From Candidatus Electrothrix sp. GW3-4 (GTDB lineage Bacteria; Desulfobacterota; Desulfobulbia; Desulfobulbales; Desulfobulbaceae), in NCBI RefSeq assembly GCF_037902255.1, contig NZ_CP147990.1:3270001-3302000 (forward strand): 32,000 nucleotides of DNA. The letters are read 5' to 3'. A model generated the notes under the pieces. The model was not told the origin of the DNA, made no database searches, and worked only from the letters and a program-made list of their open reading frames with translations. Shown here one piece after another: positions 24,268-32,000 of this stretch. Each line of letters begins with the position of its first letter. Positions within the stretch are counted from its first letter, which is position 1. The position numbers were made by a program, and so were the translations under genes.

Positions 24268-26097
24268 TTGATCATGTCGGATACTGAACTGAGATTACCC
24301 CCTGTTTCTCTAGACGATAATGAATTTTTGGAAGGTAATGAGGTCATCCTTGCCGTTGATGATTATCAGGCTGTTGTTGTGCTGCTCCAAAAATTTCTCC
24401 AGCAGCGTGGACTGAAGACCTTGACAGCAGCCTCGGCGCAGGAGTTCCGTCAGATACTGAACAAAGTACCCATCGCCCTGATCCTCCTTGACATTAACCT
24501 CCCTGACGGTGACGGGACCCAGCTCATCTCCGAGGTAAAGGAGGCCAGCCCCACTACAGCCATCATCATGCTTTCAGCGGCCACAGATCTCCATACCGCC
24601 TTAGAGTGTCTTCGCCACGGGGCAGATGATTATCTCACCAAACCGGTCCAGCTCGCCACCTTCTGGGAGACCGTACGTAAGGTCCTTGAGAAAAGAAGAT
24701 TACAGATTAATAATCGTCGCTATCAGCAGCAACTTGAGCAGGCACATTTTCGCATCCAGCTGCTCCATGAGTTGGCTATGAAGATGAACACCGCCTATCT
24801 TGGCATGACGGCGCTGGAGGAAATACTGCAGGCGATCCTGGTCGGTATTACGGCTGAGGAGGGGTTAAAATTCAATCGTGCCTTCCTGGCCCTGTTTAAT
24901 ACAACAGGAACCGTCCTAGAGGGAAGACTGGCTGTCGGGCCAGGGTGCCGCGAAGATGCGGTTCGCATCTGGCAGGAAATGAGCAGCAGGGCCATGTGCT
25001 TTCGCGACATTATTGACTCTATTAAGGGACATGATTTCCATGAGGACAGCGAAGTCAACAAGATCGTTCGGGCCTTACGCATTCCCTCAGAAAATAAAGA
25101 CCATCTCCTGATTCGGGCTGCAATGGAGCGCAAAACCATCCATGTCTCCCACGGTCAGTGCGAATATCCTGTCCCTGTGGACCTCATGGGACTGCTCCAG
25201 GAGGATAGCTTTGTGGTGGTTCCCCTTTACTCTTCAAGCCGCTCACTCGGGGTCATTATTGCGGATCATTTTGTCACAGGAAAAGAAATTGACTCTCCAT
25301 TGATCCATGCCCTGGAAAGCTTTGCCAGTCAGGCAAGCCTCGCCATTGAGCATTGTCGGCTCTACACCGATATGGAGGAGAAAATAAGGGAGCTTGAGCT
25401 TGTTACCCATGAGCTTGAAGCCAATAAGGATCTTCTCGTTGAATCAGAGCGCTATTCTGCGCTCGGTCAAGTTGCGGCCCAGCTTGCCCATAATATCCGC
25501 AACCCAATCACTTCCATCGGGGGCACAGCGAGACTCCTCAGCCGTAAGACAACAGATCCGCAGCAGTTAAAGTTTTTAGACATGATGGCCATAGAGGTCA
25601 CACGTATTGAACAGACCCTGGAAGACCTGTTCAACTTTGTCGATACCTCACCGGTGAAAAAAGAACCGACTCTCGTTTATCCGCTCATTATTAAAACGCT
25701 GATGCTTTTTTATAACACTATGGAAAAACAGGGTATCAAGTACCAGGCGCTTGTGCCGGAACAACTCACCTGTGCGTTTGATCCCGGTCAGATACGTAAG
25801 GTGCTTGTGCATCTTGTCCGTAATGCGGTTGAAGCAATGGAGAATGGGGGGAATTTACAAGTTGAGGTAACGACGGATAAAGAATATATCCACATCGCCG
25901 TCCGGGACAGTGGAATGGGGATTGCCGCAGCTGATTTACAAAGGGTTTCAGATCCTTTCTATACAACCAAAGTTGCCGGGACAGGGGTAGGGTTAGCCCT
26001 TGTCGAACGCATTGTCAATGACCATCAGGGCATGCTTCATATTCGTTGCCGAGACAGCGGAGGTACAGAGGTCATAGTGACTTTACCACGCTTTTAA
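24268..26097 (+). CDS. Hybrid sensor: receiver (REC) - GAF-like - histidine kinase, with no transmembrane segment
   Basis: The REC domain contains ILAVDD...ILLDINLPDGDG...DYLTKP. The H-box is AAQLAHNIRNPITSIGG. The ATPase N, G1 and G2 boxes are NAVEAM, RDSGMGI and GTGVGLALVERIV. Confidence 0.85.
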   Translation: MIMSDTELRLPPVSLDDNEFLEGNEVILAVDDYQAVVVLLQKFLQQRGLKTLTAASAQEFRQILNKVPIALILLDINLPDGDGTQLISEVKEASPTTAIIMLSAATDLHTALECLRHGADDYLTKPVQLATFWETVRKVLEKRRLQINNRRYQQQLEQAHFRIQLLHELAMKMNTAYLGMTALEEILQAILVGITAEEGLKFNRAFLALFNTTGTVLEGRLAVGPGCREDAVRIWQEMSSRAMCFRDIIDSIKGHDFHEDSEVNKIVRALRIPSENKDHLLIRAAMERKTIHVSHGQCEYPVPVDLMGLLQEDSFVVVPLYSSSRSLGVIIADHFVTGKEIDSPLIHALESFASQASLAIEHCRLYTDMEEKIRELELVTHELEANKDLLVESERYSALGQVAAQLAHNIRNPITSIGGTARLLSRKTTDPQQLKFLDMMAIEVTRIEQTLEDLFNFVDTSPVKKEPTLVYPLIIKTLMLFYNTMEKQGIKYQALVPEQLTCAFDPGQIRKVLVHLVRNAVEAMENGGNLQVEVTTDKEYIHIAVRDSGMGIAAADLQRVSDPFYTTKVAGTGVGLALVERIVNDHQGMLHIRCRDSGGTEVIVTLPRF

Positions 26098-26111
26098 CAG
26101 GCCAGCTGAAA

Positions 26112-26147
26112 CAAAAAAAAACGAGCCCTCAAAAGGACTCGTTTTTG
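26112..26147. terminator. Bidirectional intrinsic terminator between the convergent kinase and porin genes
   Basis: The sequence is AAAAAAAAA-ACGAGCCCTcaaaAGGACTCGT-TTTT, with the stem at 26121-26142. An A-run lies on one side and a T-run on the other. Confidence 0.75.
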
Positions 26148-26185
26148 CTCATAGTGCTACTCTAGGAGATCTAGAAGTATATCTC

Positions 26186-27463
26186 TTAGAAGGCAACATT
26201 CATACGCAGAACCTGACCAATGTAGGCATCTTCCAATTCATCAGGGGCACCGTCATTATAGGTCGGCGCCAAGTAACCAAGCTTGTATTCAAAGCTGGTG
26301 CTCTCAGAAACTGCATAGTTCAGGACACCGGAGACCTCAATGGCACTATCAAGTTCTCCAGCAGCAACACTGTCATCTTCATAGTCGTAGGAGGCATAGA
26401 GCAGGTTGCCCTGGGCGCTGAAACGGTCACTGATGTTGTGCATCAACACCAATGCACCGAACATCAAGTCACCCTTGCTATTGCCTACTTTCTCAACAAC
26501 AGTGGCGGATGTATTACCACCGACCATGACGAAACCAAAGTTACGGTCAGCCAGGAAGCCATCCTGGGTCATACCGGCAAGAATAACCGGGGTGATGGCA
26601 GGGGTTTTGAAGGCCGCCTGGACATAGCCGCCGATGCCATCGTCTTCTGTACCTTGCCAATCAGCAGCCTTGTACGCAACTTCAGCGGTAAGCCCTACAT
26701 TGCCAACGCTACCGGTCAGGTTTACAGTGCCGTCAAATCCTGAATGATCACCCCTCGGTGTTGCAGGCACAACAACCTCAGCCCCATCAACAATCTCAGT
26801 TGTTTCATCTGTAGCCCATTCTCTCGCATCGTCATTATAACGGAGGAAGGCCTTCACGGTCCAGGCATCGTTGATCTTCAGAACTGGCACGAGACCGTAC
26901 TGCATATAATCATTATCATCCCAGTTATCAATACTTGTGCTATCTTCATCCACGACACCAACAAAGGGTACCAGCTTCAGATTGCCAGCTTTATAGATAA
27001 GCTGAACACGTGTAGGACGAATATCCCAAGAATAGAACGTTGTAAAGTTCAAGGGAATCCGACCAGCTCTCAGAGTCATCGTATCGGACAGGGGCACCTT
27101 GAAATAGGCATAATCTGTAGACACGCCCCATTGAGCATCACCACTTCCGTCCCAAATCACATCATCATTATATCCTGCATCATCGAAATAGAGACGGGCA
27201 TGCACAGAGGCACCGCCCTTGGCTACGGCGTCAAAATTCAGGCCGACACGGGATTCGAAATAATCACTGTAGCCGTCTGCCCCCCCGTCATCAGGATAAA
27301 CACGATAGTAATCGTTCCATCCAACATAAGTAACGCGAGCATCTCCGCTGATGCTAACACCTGTGGTCTCTTCAGGAGCCTCTCCCGCGTTTCCAGCAGA
27401 TGCTGCTGAAACCATTGAGCCAGCTAACATCAACGCTGCACCGGCAACAAGTACTTTTTTCAT
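26186..27463 (-). CDS. Outer-membrane beta-barrel porin-like protein
   Basis: I moved the start to MKKVLVAGAALMLAGSMVSAASA, with AAAGGAG 6 nt upstream. The sequence shows an alternating amphipathic, Gly/Tyr/Asp-rich pattern. The C-terminus ...VLRMNVAF ends in Phe, as is typical of OMP sorting signals. Confidence 0.65.
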   Translation of the reverse strand: MKKVLVAGAALMLAGSMVSAASAGNAGEAPEETTGVSISGDARVTYVGWNDYYRVYPDDGGADGYSDYFESRVGLNFDAVAKGGASVHARLYFDDAGYNDDVIWDGSGDAQWGVSTDYAYFKVPLSDTMTLRAGRIPLNFTTFYSWDIRPTRVQLIYKAGNLKLVPFVGVVDEDSTSIDNWDDNDYMQYGLVPVLKINDAWTVKAFLRYNDDAREWATDETTEIVDGAEVVVPATPRGDHSGFDGTVNLTGSVGNVGLTAEVAYKAADWQGTEDDGIGGYVQAAFKTPAITPVILAGMTQDGFLADRNFGFVMVGGNTSATVVEKVGNSKGDLMFGALVLMHNISDRFSAQGNLLYASYDYEDDSVAAGELDSAIEVSGVLNYAVSESTSFEYKLGYLAPTYNDGAPDELEDAYIGQVLRMNVAF

Positions 27464-27869
27464 ATCCATCTCCTTTGACTTTTTGTAATAGGGTCTTGAT
27501 TTCGTTGCCATGCAACGTATTCACTAATTTTTTTATTTACAGCAACATCTCTACTGTAGATTCAAAATATGATACTTTAAAAAAACAGTCAAGAATATTT
27601 TATAGCTGTACAATTTTTTTCACGTCCCTTTATTTTCTCCACAGGACCAACCAAGCCAGCAGCCATACCAATTAACATTTTAATATAAATAAACAAACAG
27701 ATTCCAAATATTCACACACCACCAACTCCTGCAAAAAAAAGTCCGCGCAAAGGATCACAAAAAAATTCCTCTTCTGCTCCTACCAACAGCGGGTTACCAA
27801 GCTCAGCAGCCCGCGCCCCCAAAAAAGAGGGGTAAAGATCACGTGTATTCTTATTATGCAATAAAGTTG

Positions 27870-30194
27870 CTATCCCAACACCTGCTGAAGGGCTTCCTGC
27901 TCCATCGGGGCGTCAAAAACAAAATGGAGTTTGTACTCGTTTCCATCCTCTTCGATCGGATTAATGGACAAAACAACCCCATAGACATTCAATTCAGGAG
28001 GCTTGCCGGCAACAGGAATGGAAATATGCAGTTTGCGCCCAAAGAGGACCCGAATATGTTTCTTCTGGGAGAGGTGGAACTTCATGGCAAGCCCGCCCCG
28101 TGAAATATCCGAGAGCCGCCCTTTAAAGCGCTGTCCCATTGAATTGCCCAAATTATTGATGATCTGAAATTCAATCTTGCGGGCGAGCTGATAGCGCTCA
28201 AAGGCCCTCCGGTTCAAGCCTTTCCGTAAGAGCAGGTCCTGGACATCGTTGGAGCGATTATAGAAGGCACGCAGCTTCGCTTCAAGGCCAGGAAAGGCCT
28301 CCTGCCAGCGAGAAAAGCTGGAGCGTTTAAGAATAGAGATCTTACTTTCCGTCTGAGCGGCCATACTGATGGTCCAGACTGAGGCGTCGAAAAAGTTCTC
28401 TCCGGCAAGGTCACCACCAGCGAGACTCTTCACATAGACTTTTCGCCCATTCTTCTGATAAAAGGTTTTGATCATACCATGGTTGATAAAGAACAGCTCG
28501 TCGTTCTTATCGCCCTGATGGACCAATATCTCATCTGCTTGCAGATCACGATTTTCCAGCTCATGATAAATAGCACTGAACTCCTCAGCAGTCAGTTCAC
28601 GTAAGAGGTTCGACCATATCTCCAGGTAGCCGCGGACCTGGACGCCATTTTTTTCCTGTTCAATCAGCTCGGCAGATTGGATGATCTCTGTCAGCGCATT
28701 AGGGTTGATCTCATTAAAACGCTCCCTGAGCCGCTCTGCATTATAAAAGTCCCTATTATGCACACATTCAACGATCAGATCAAAGAGCTGCGAGGTTGCT
28801 CTGGCCTGATCACCTGCCATTGCGATCTGCACAATACTGGTTTCCCGGGCAGCAACGGGGTTATTTTTCAGAGGGACATTCAGTGCGGCTGCAGTGGCGC
28901 GATGTGCTTTATGCTTCCCGCCATGATTAATATATTGGATCGCCTGTTCCGCAGCCTGAACCAGTTTTTCCCTTGCTCCCCCCCTCTCTTTTTCAGAATC
29001 TGCTGTATCGGCAAGAACCTTTTTCAAGGTTGGAATTGCCTTGACCGAGCCGATTTTCCCCAGGGTTTTGCAGATAGTGGTTCGCAGCTGATACCCAGCC
29101 TTATTCCGGGCATATGCAGCCTCGTCCAGCAAGTCCGCCAAAGGGGCAACAAGGCTGCTGTCCGGTATATCACCGAGCAGGGCCACAACAGGCTCTTTGA
29201 GCTGCCTCGGCACAGAGCGTAATGCCTTGAGAAAGAAGTCTTTCTTTCCCTTTGCCTCAATCTTACTGGCAGCGCGCAAGACCTCACCCTTGACCCGAAG
29301 GTCGTCATGGTCGAGCAGGGAGGTTATGTCAGCAAAGCAGGAAGGGGATCCCAGTTCCCCCAACAACTTGATACTGTTCCTGAGCAGATACCAGTCCGTT
29401 GTCCGATACAACAAGGCCCCTAAACTGCTTTCCGCTACCGGGCCTATGTTTTCAAAGAGCTTGAGCAGGGCATCTGGTTTGCTCCGGCTCTGTTGGAGGC
29501 TTTGCGACGCAATAAGAAAATCCGCCGCTGTTTTGCCAAACAGGACAAGCAGACGGCCAGCATCTTCCCCTTTATTCTTATCGTACAGATATTCGATCAG
29601 CAGGAGCTCCATAAGGGGCTTGGTTGCCAGATCACTGATCAGCTGTTCTGCCTGGTTACGGATCTCTGCACTTGCGACGGTTAAGGCCTTGGGGCCACCA
29701 AAAATCAGCAGGGCCTTGCGAGCTGGTGCATAGCGCCCTATCTCGATCTGATAGGCGGCAAAAATAGAAAGGGCTGTAATAACCTGCCAGACCGTGTCAT
29801 CGTCTTCAGAGGCGATGCTGATCGCCTGGGCAACAGCGGGCAAGAGCTTCTCTATACGCTGCCATTCGCGATGGGCAATCAGGAGTTCCAGGGTATCTGT
29901 TAAGTAACCAACAGCTTCGTTTCGAACTTCCGGTTTATCACCATGCAGCCAGGAGATCAACTGGTCCAACAGGATATCTGCCTGGCGGTCCTTTTTTTCC
30001 ACAATCAGCTCCGAGAGCGTATGGGAAAACATTTTGTCAATACCGCTCGATTCGGGCTGTTGATCCGCAGATGTTGAATTTGGGCTTTGGTCTTGGGAGG
30101 TCTTCATAGGAGTCATGTTCAGCCGTGCAGCAAAATTCTTAGCCGGAATGGAGCGTGACACATTCCCCCGGCCCCGTAGGTTCCCATCAATCAT
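27870..30194 (-). CDS. Multidomain protein: HEAT/PBS-lyase-like repeats - cyclic-nucleotide-binding-like domain - C-terminal PilZ domain
   Basis: HEAT-like units include LLGELGSPSCFADITSLLDHDD and LGKIGSVKAIPTLKKVL. The cNMP-like fold is ILVHQGDKNDELFFINHGMIKTFY...LAGGDLAGENFF. The PilZ motifs are RAFER (RxxxR) and DISRGG (DxSxxG). The true start is uncertain because no clear SD precedes any of the early Met codons. Confidence 0.7.
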   Translation of the reverse strand: MIDGNLRGRGNVSRSIPAKNFAARLNMTPMKTSQDQSPNSTSADQQPESSGIDKMFSHTLSELIVEKKDRQADILLDQLISWLHGDKPEVRNEAVGYLTDTLELLIAHREWQRIEKLLPAVAQAISIASEDDDTVWQVITALSIFAAYQIEIGRYAPARKALLIFGGPKALTVASAEIRNQAEQLISDLATKPLMELLLIEYLYDKNKGEDAGRLLVLFGKTAADFLIASQSLQQSRSKPDALLKLFENIGPVAESSLGALLYRTTDWYLLRNSIKLLGELGSPSCFADITSLLDHDDLRVKGEVLRAASKIEAKGKKDFFLKALRSVPRQLKEPVVALLGDIPDSSLVAPLADLLDEAAYARNKAGYQLRTTICKTLGKIGSVKAIPTLKKVLADTADSEKERGGAREKLVQAAEQAIQYINHGGKHKAHRATAAALNVPLKNNPVAARETSIVQIAMAGDQARATSQLFDLIVECVHNRDFYNAERLRERFNEINPNALTEIIQSAELIEQEKNGVQVRGYLEIWSNLLRELTAEEFSAIYHELENRDLQADEILVHQGDKNDELFFINHGMIKTFYQKNGRKVYVKSLAGGDLAGENFFDASVWTISMAAQTESKISILKRSSFSRWQEAFPGLEAKLRAFYNRSNDVQDLLLRKGLNRRAFERYQLARKIEFQIINNLGNSMGQRFKGRLSDISRGGLAMKFHLSQKKHIRVLFGRKLHISIPVAGKPPELNVYGVVLSINPIEEDGNEYKLHFVFDAPMEQEALQQVLG

Positions 30195-30312
30195 ACCGGA
30201 GCATAGTCAAAAACCACGCAACAGTAAACAGTCAAGACAAAGCTCTCTTTTGATCCGATTATCTCTCGACAGGCCCTATAAGGTAAAAAAAGGCTCATCT
30301 ACAAATATACCA

Positions 30313-30915
30313 TTATTTTCTTTCCTGTAAAGGCGCAATAATATCATGGTGCAAAAGTAAGCTAATGCAGGTATGAAGAGGAAGGCCTACCACATTGGAG
30401 CAGGAGCCGCTGATGGAACGCACCAGAAAGCCGCCCTTTCCCTGGATACCATAGGCCCCTGCTTTATCCAGCGGTTCGCCGGTCTGGATATAGGCGGAGA
30501 GGATGGCATCACTGCATTGAGCAAAGCAGACCTCAGTGGTCTTGCTCAGGCTCTCGCTACAGTCTCCCTGGACACAACACAGGCACAGGCCGGTGATGAC
30601 CTGGTGTTTCTTCCCTTGCAGGCTACGGAGGATCTCCAGGGCATGGCTTGCATCATCGGGCTTGCCAAGAATACGGCCTTCCAGGGTGACCACCGTATCG
30701 GCGCCAATAACCCAGGAGCTGGGGTGCTGCCGGGCAATCAGCTCGGCCTTTTCCCGGGCCATCCGGTGGGCAAAGGCAGCGGGCAGTTCTTTATCCAGGG
30801 GTGTCTCATCAATATCAGCGACCTGGCTCGTAAAGCAGAGACCGAGGTCAATGAGAAACTGTTGCCGCCGGGGGGATGCCGAGGCCAGGATCAGGGGTTT
30901 GCAGGTCTGGAACAT
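30313..30915 (-). CDS. maf: Maf-family nucleoside-triphosphate pyrophosphatase
   Basis: LILASASPRRQQFL, GADTVV and GAYGIQG are the canonical Maf motifs. Confidence 0.9.
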   Translation of the reverse strand: MFQTCKPLILASASPRRQQFLIDLGLCFTSQVADIDETPLDKELPAAFAHRMAREKAELIARQHPSSWVIGADTVVTLEGRILGKPDDASHALEILRSLQGKKHQVITGLCLCCVQGDCSESLSKTTEVCFAQCSDAILSAYIQTGEPLDKAGAYGIQGKGGFLVRSISGSCSNVVGLPLHTCISLLLHHDIIAPLQERK

Positions 30916-31239
30916 AGAAAACCTCCAGTAGTGGTCCAGAAGAACAGGTGCGTTTATTTATCGACTGCTCTTTATAGGCCAAGACGCCCAAAAAGGCAAG
31001 AGTTGACCGCCCTTACCCTCCTTTTCCTGAAGCGCTATCTTACCGGCTTGCGGTTATTTGATAAAGTAATAAGAAAGATTCCTTTCCCGCATTGCACAGC
31101 TTTTCTTGCCGTTAGAGAACAGGGACTCCATACCTGCTTCGGTCGACCTGCCAGCAGACTATTGGCAAGGATTTACTTGTAGGGCAGGACGATACCCGTT
31201 CCGGGCTGAGCAAGGGGGCTCCTGGGACGGTCGCGTTTA

Positions 31240-32000
31240 TCACACATCCTTGTTCAGCCAATCATCAATCAGGGCATTGAGATTCAGGCCCATCCCCGCA
31301 ACATTGGGTTTCAGCTCCGTGCGCTCATTCACCCGGCGCATTAAGGCCTTTAATCGCCCTTCCTCCTTATCCGCCTGCACTGCAACCCGCATCCGCTCCC
31401 CTTCCTGCTCATTATCGGGATGCACCGCAGCAAGGAGATCCTGGACCCTGTAGACCTGCTCCGAATCCTCGGGGATGTATTGCTCCAGGCCCTTTTCCCG
31501 GTAGGTGAGCAGGGTCTGATAGGGCACGCTGCGTCCGGGATCATCCGGCATGGGCACCCGCTCGCTCACCCGCAGACCCTCAAAGCCGGTATTGATCTCC
31601 CGCAGGGAGAGCCAGAGCAAAGCCAGATAGACCTTGCGCTCCTTACCCGTGACCGCGATACGGATACGCCGGGCCTCGTTGTCCGCCCGCACCACGGCAA
31701 CGGCCTCCAGCTGGGGATGGGCCAGCACCACCCCGGTGCGCCAGCGCAGCTTATCCTTGATTTCCCGGTGCCGTTTAACGATGAAGCGGGGCATGACCGA
31801 AGGCGGTAGGAAGTCGGTATAGTGGAGGACAAAGCAAAGCGCACCGTCGTAGGGGAAATCAAACTGCGGCTGCGGCACGGCCAGCAGTTGGGGAATGAGC
31901 ACCTCTTCGCCGGGCAGCTCGTAGCAGAGCTCGAACTTCTTCATCAGCTCGATGATATAGCGGTGATCGGCCCGCCTATATATATAGGGGTCGTCGTCTT
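31240..32000 (-). CDS. C-terminal part of a Roco-type protein (COR domain); the N-terminus lies beyond the window end
   Basis: The frame is open from 31944 to the window edge (..DDDPYIYRRADHRYIIELMKKFELCYEL). The LMxKFELCY motif and the downstream pattern (FVLHYTDFLPPSVMPRFIVKRH) are typical of COR domains that follow Roc GTPases. Confidence 0.6.
   Translation of the reverse strand, partial: DDDPYIYRRADHRYIIELMKKFELCYELPGEEVLIPQLLAVPQPQFDFPYDGALCFVLHYTDFLPPSVMPRFIVKRHREIKDKLRWRTGVVLAHPQLEAVAVVRADNEARRIRIAVTGKERKVYLALLWLSLREINTGFEGLRVSERVPMPDDPGRSVPYQTLLTYREKGLEQYIPEDSEQVYRVQDLLAAVHPDNEQEGERMRVAVQADKEEGRLKALMRRVNERTELKPNVAGMGLNLNALIDDWLNKDV

Noticed and set aside
30373-31182. ORF 30373..31182 + (269 aa) and 30536..30931 + antisense to maf
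   Set aside because: The minus-strand frame encodes a textbook Maf protein (ASASPRR, GAYGIQG). The plus-strand products are Gly/Ala/Arg-rich with no motifs.

Overview
The window looks like a chromosomal segment from a Gram-negative bacterium. It may be an anaerobic Desulfobacterota-like organism, but this window cannot prove that. The ordinary content is listed first. A cobalamin-riboswitch-controlled operon on the minus strand at 5.9-10.2 kb encodes a signal-peptide-bearing CbiK, an ABC permease, an ATPase and a substrate-binding protein. Other ordinary genes are glycogen phosphorylase, a polyprenyl-diphosphate synthase, a DinG-type Fe-S helicase, a REC-GAF-histidine kinase, a porin, a HEAT/cNMP-like/PilZ protein and Maf. 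Partial PD-(D/E)XK transposase-like and Roco/COR genes sit at the two window edges. The unusual content lies at 1.5-5.8 kb and 11.0-17.4 kb. It comprises two paralogous secreted collagen-like proteins built from 54-bp tandem repeats that encode uninterrupted Gly-X-Y. Each collagen gene sits beside the same complement of small Met-rich secreted proteins, which belong to an 8-member paralog family with two subfamilies and shared N- and C-terminal motifs. Two paralogous secreted MORN-repeat proteins are also present. Gene order differs between the two copies, but the gene complement is conserved. No recognisable enzyme, secretion ATPase, usher or sortase is present. I regard this as a candidate undescribed extracytoplasmic fibre or matrix module. 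A second notable signal is a roughly 90-nt structured repeat present in 4 copies. Its hairpins co-vary between copies. Three copies sit immediately 5' of minus-strand genes, and one is an orphan followed by a terminator-like hairpin. All calls come from reading the sequence and the ORF track by eye. No database search was possible.
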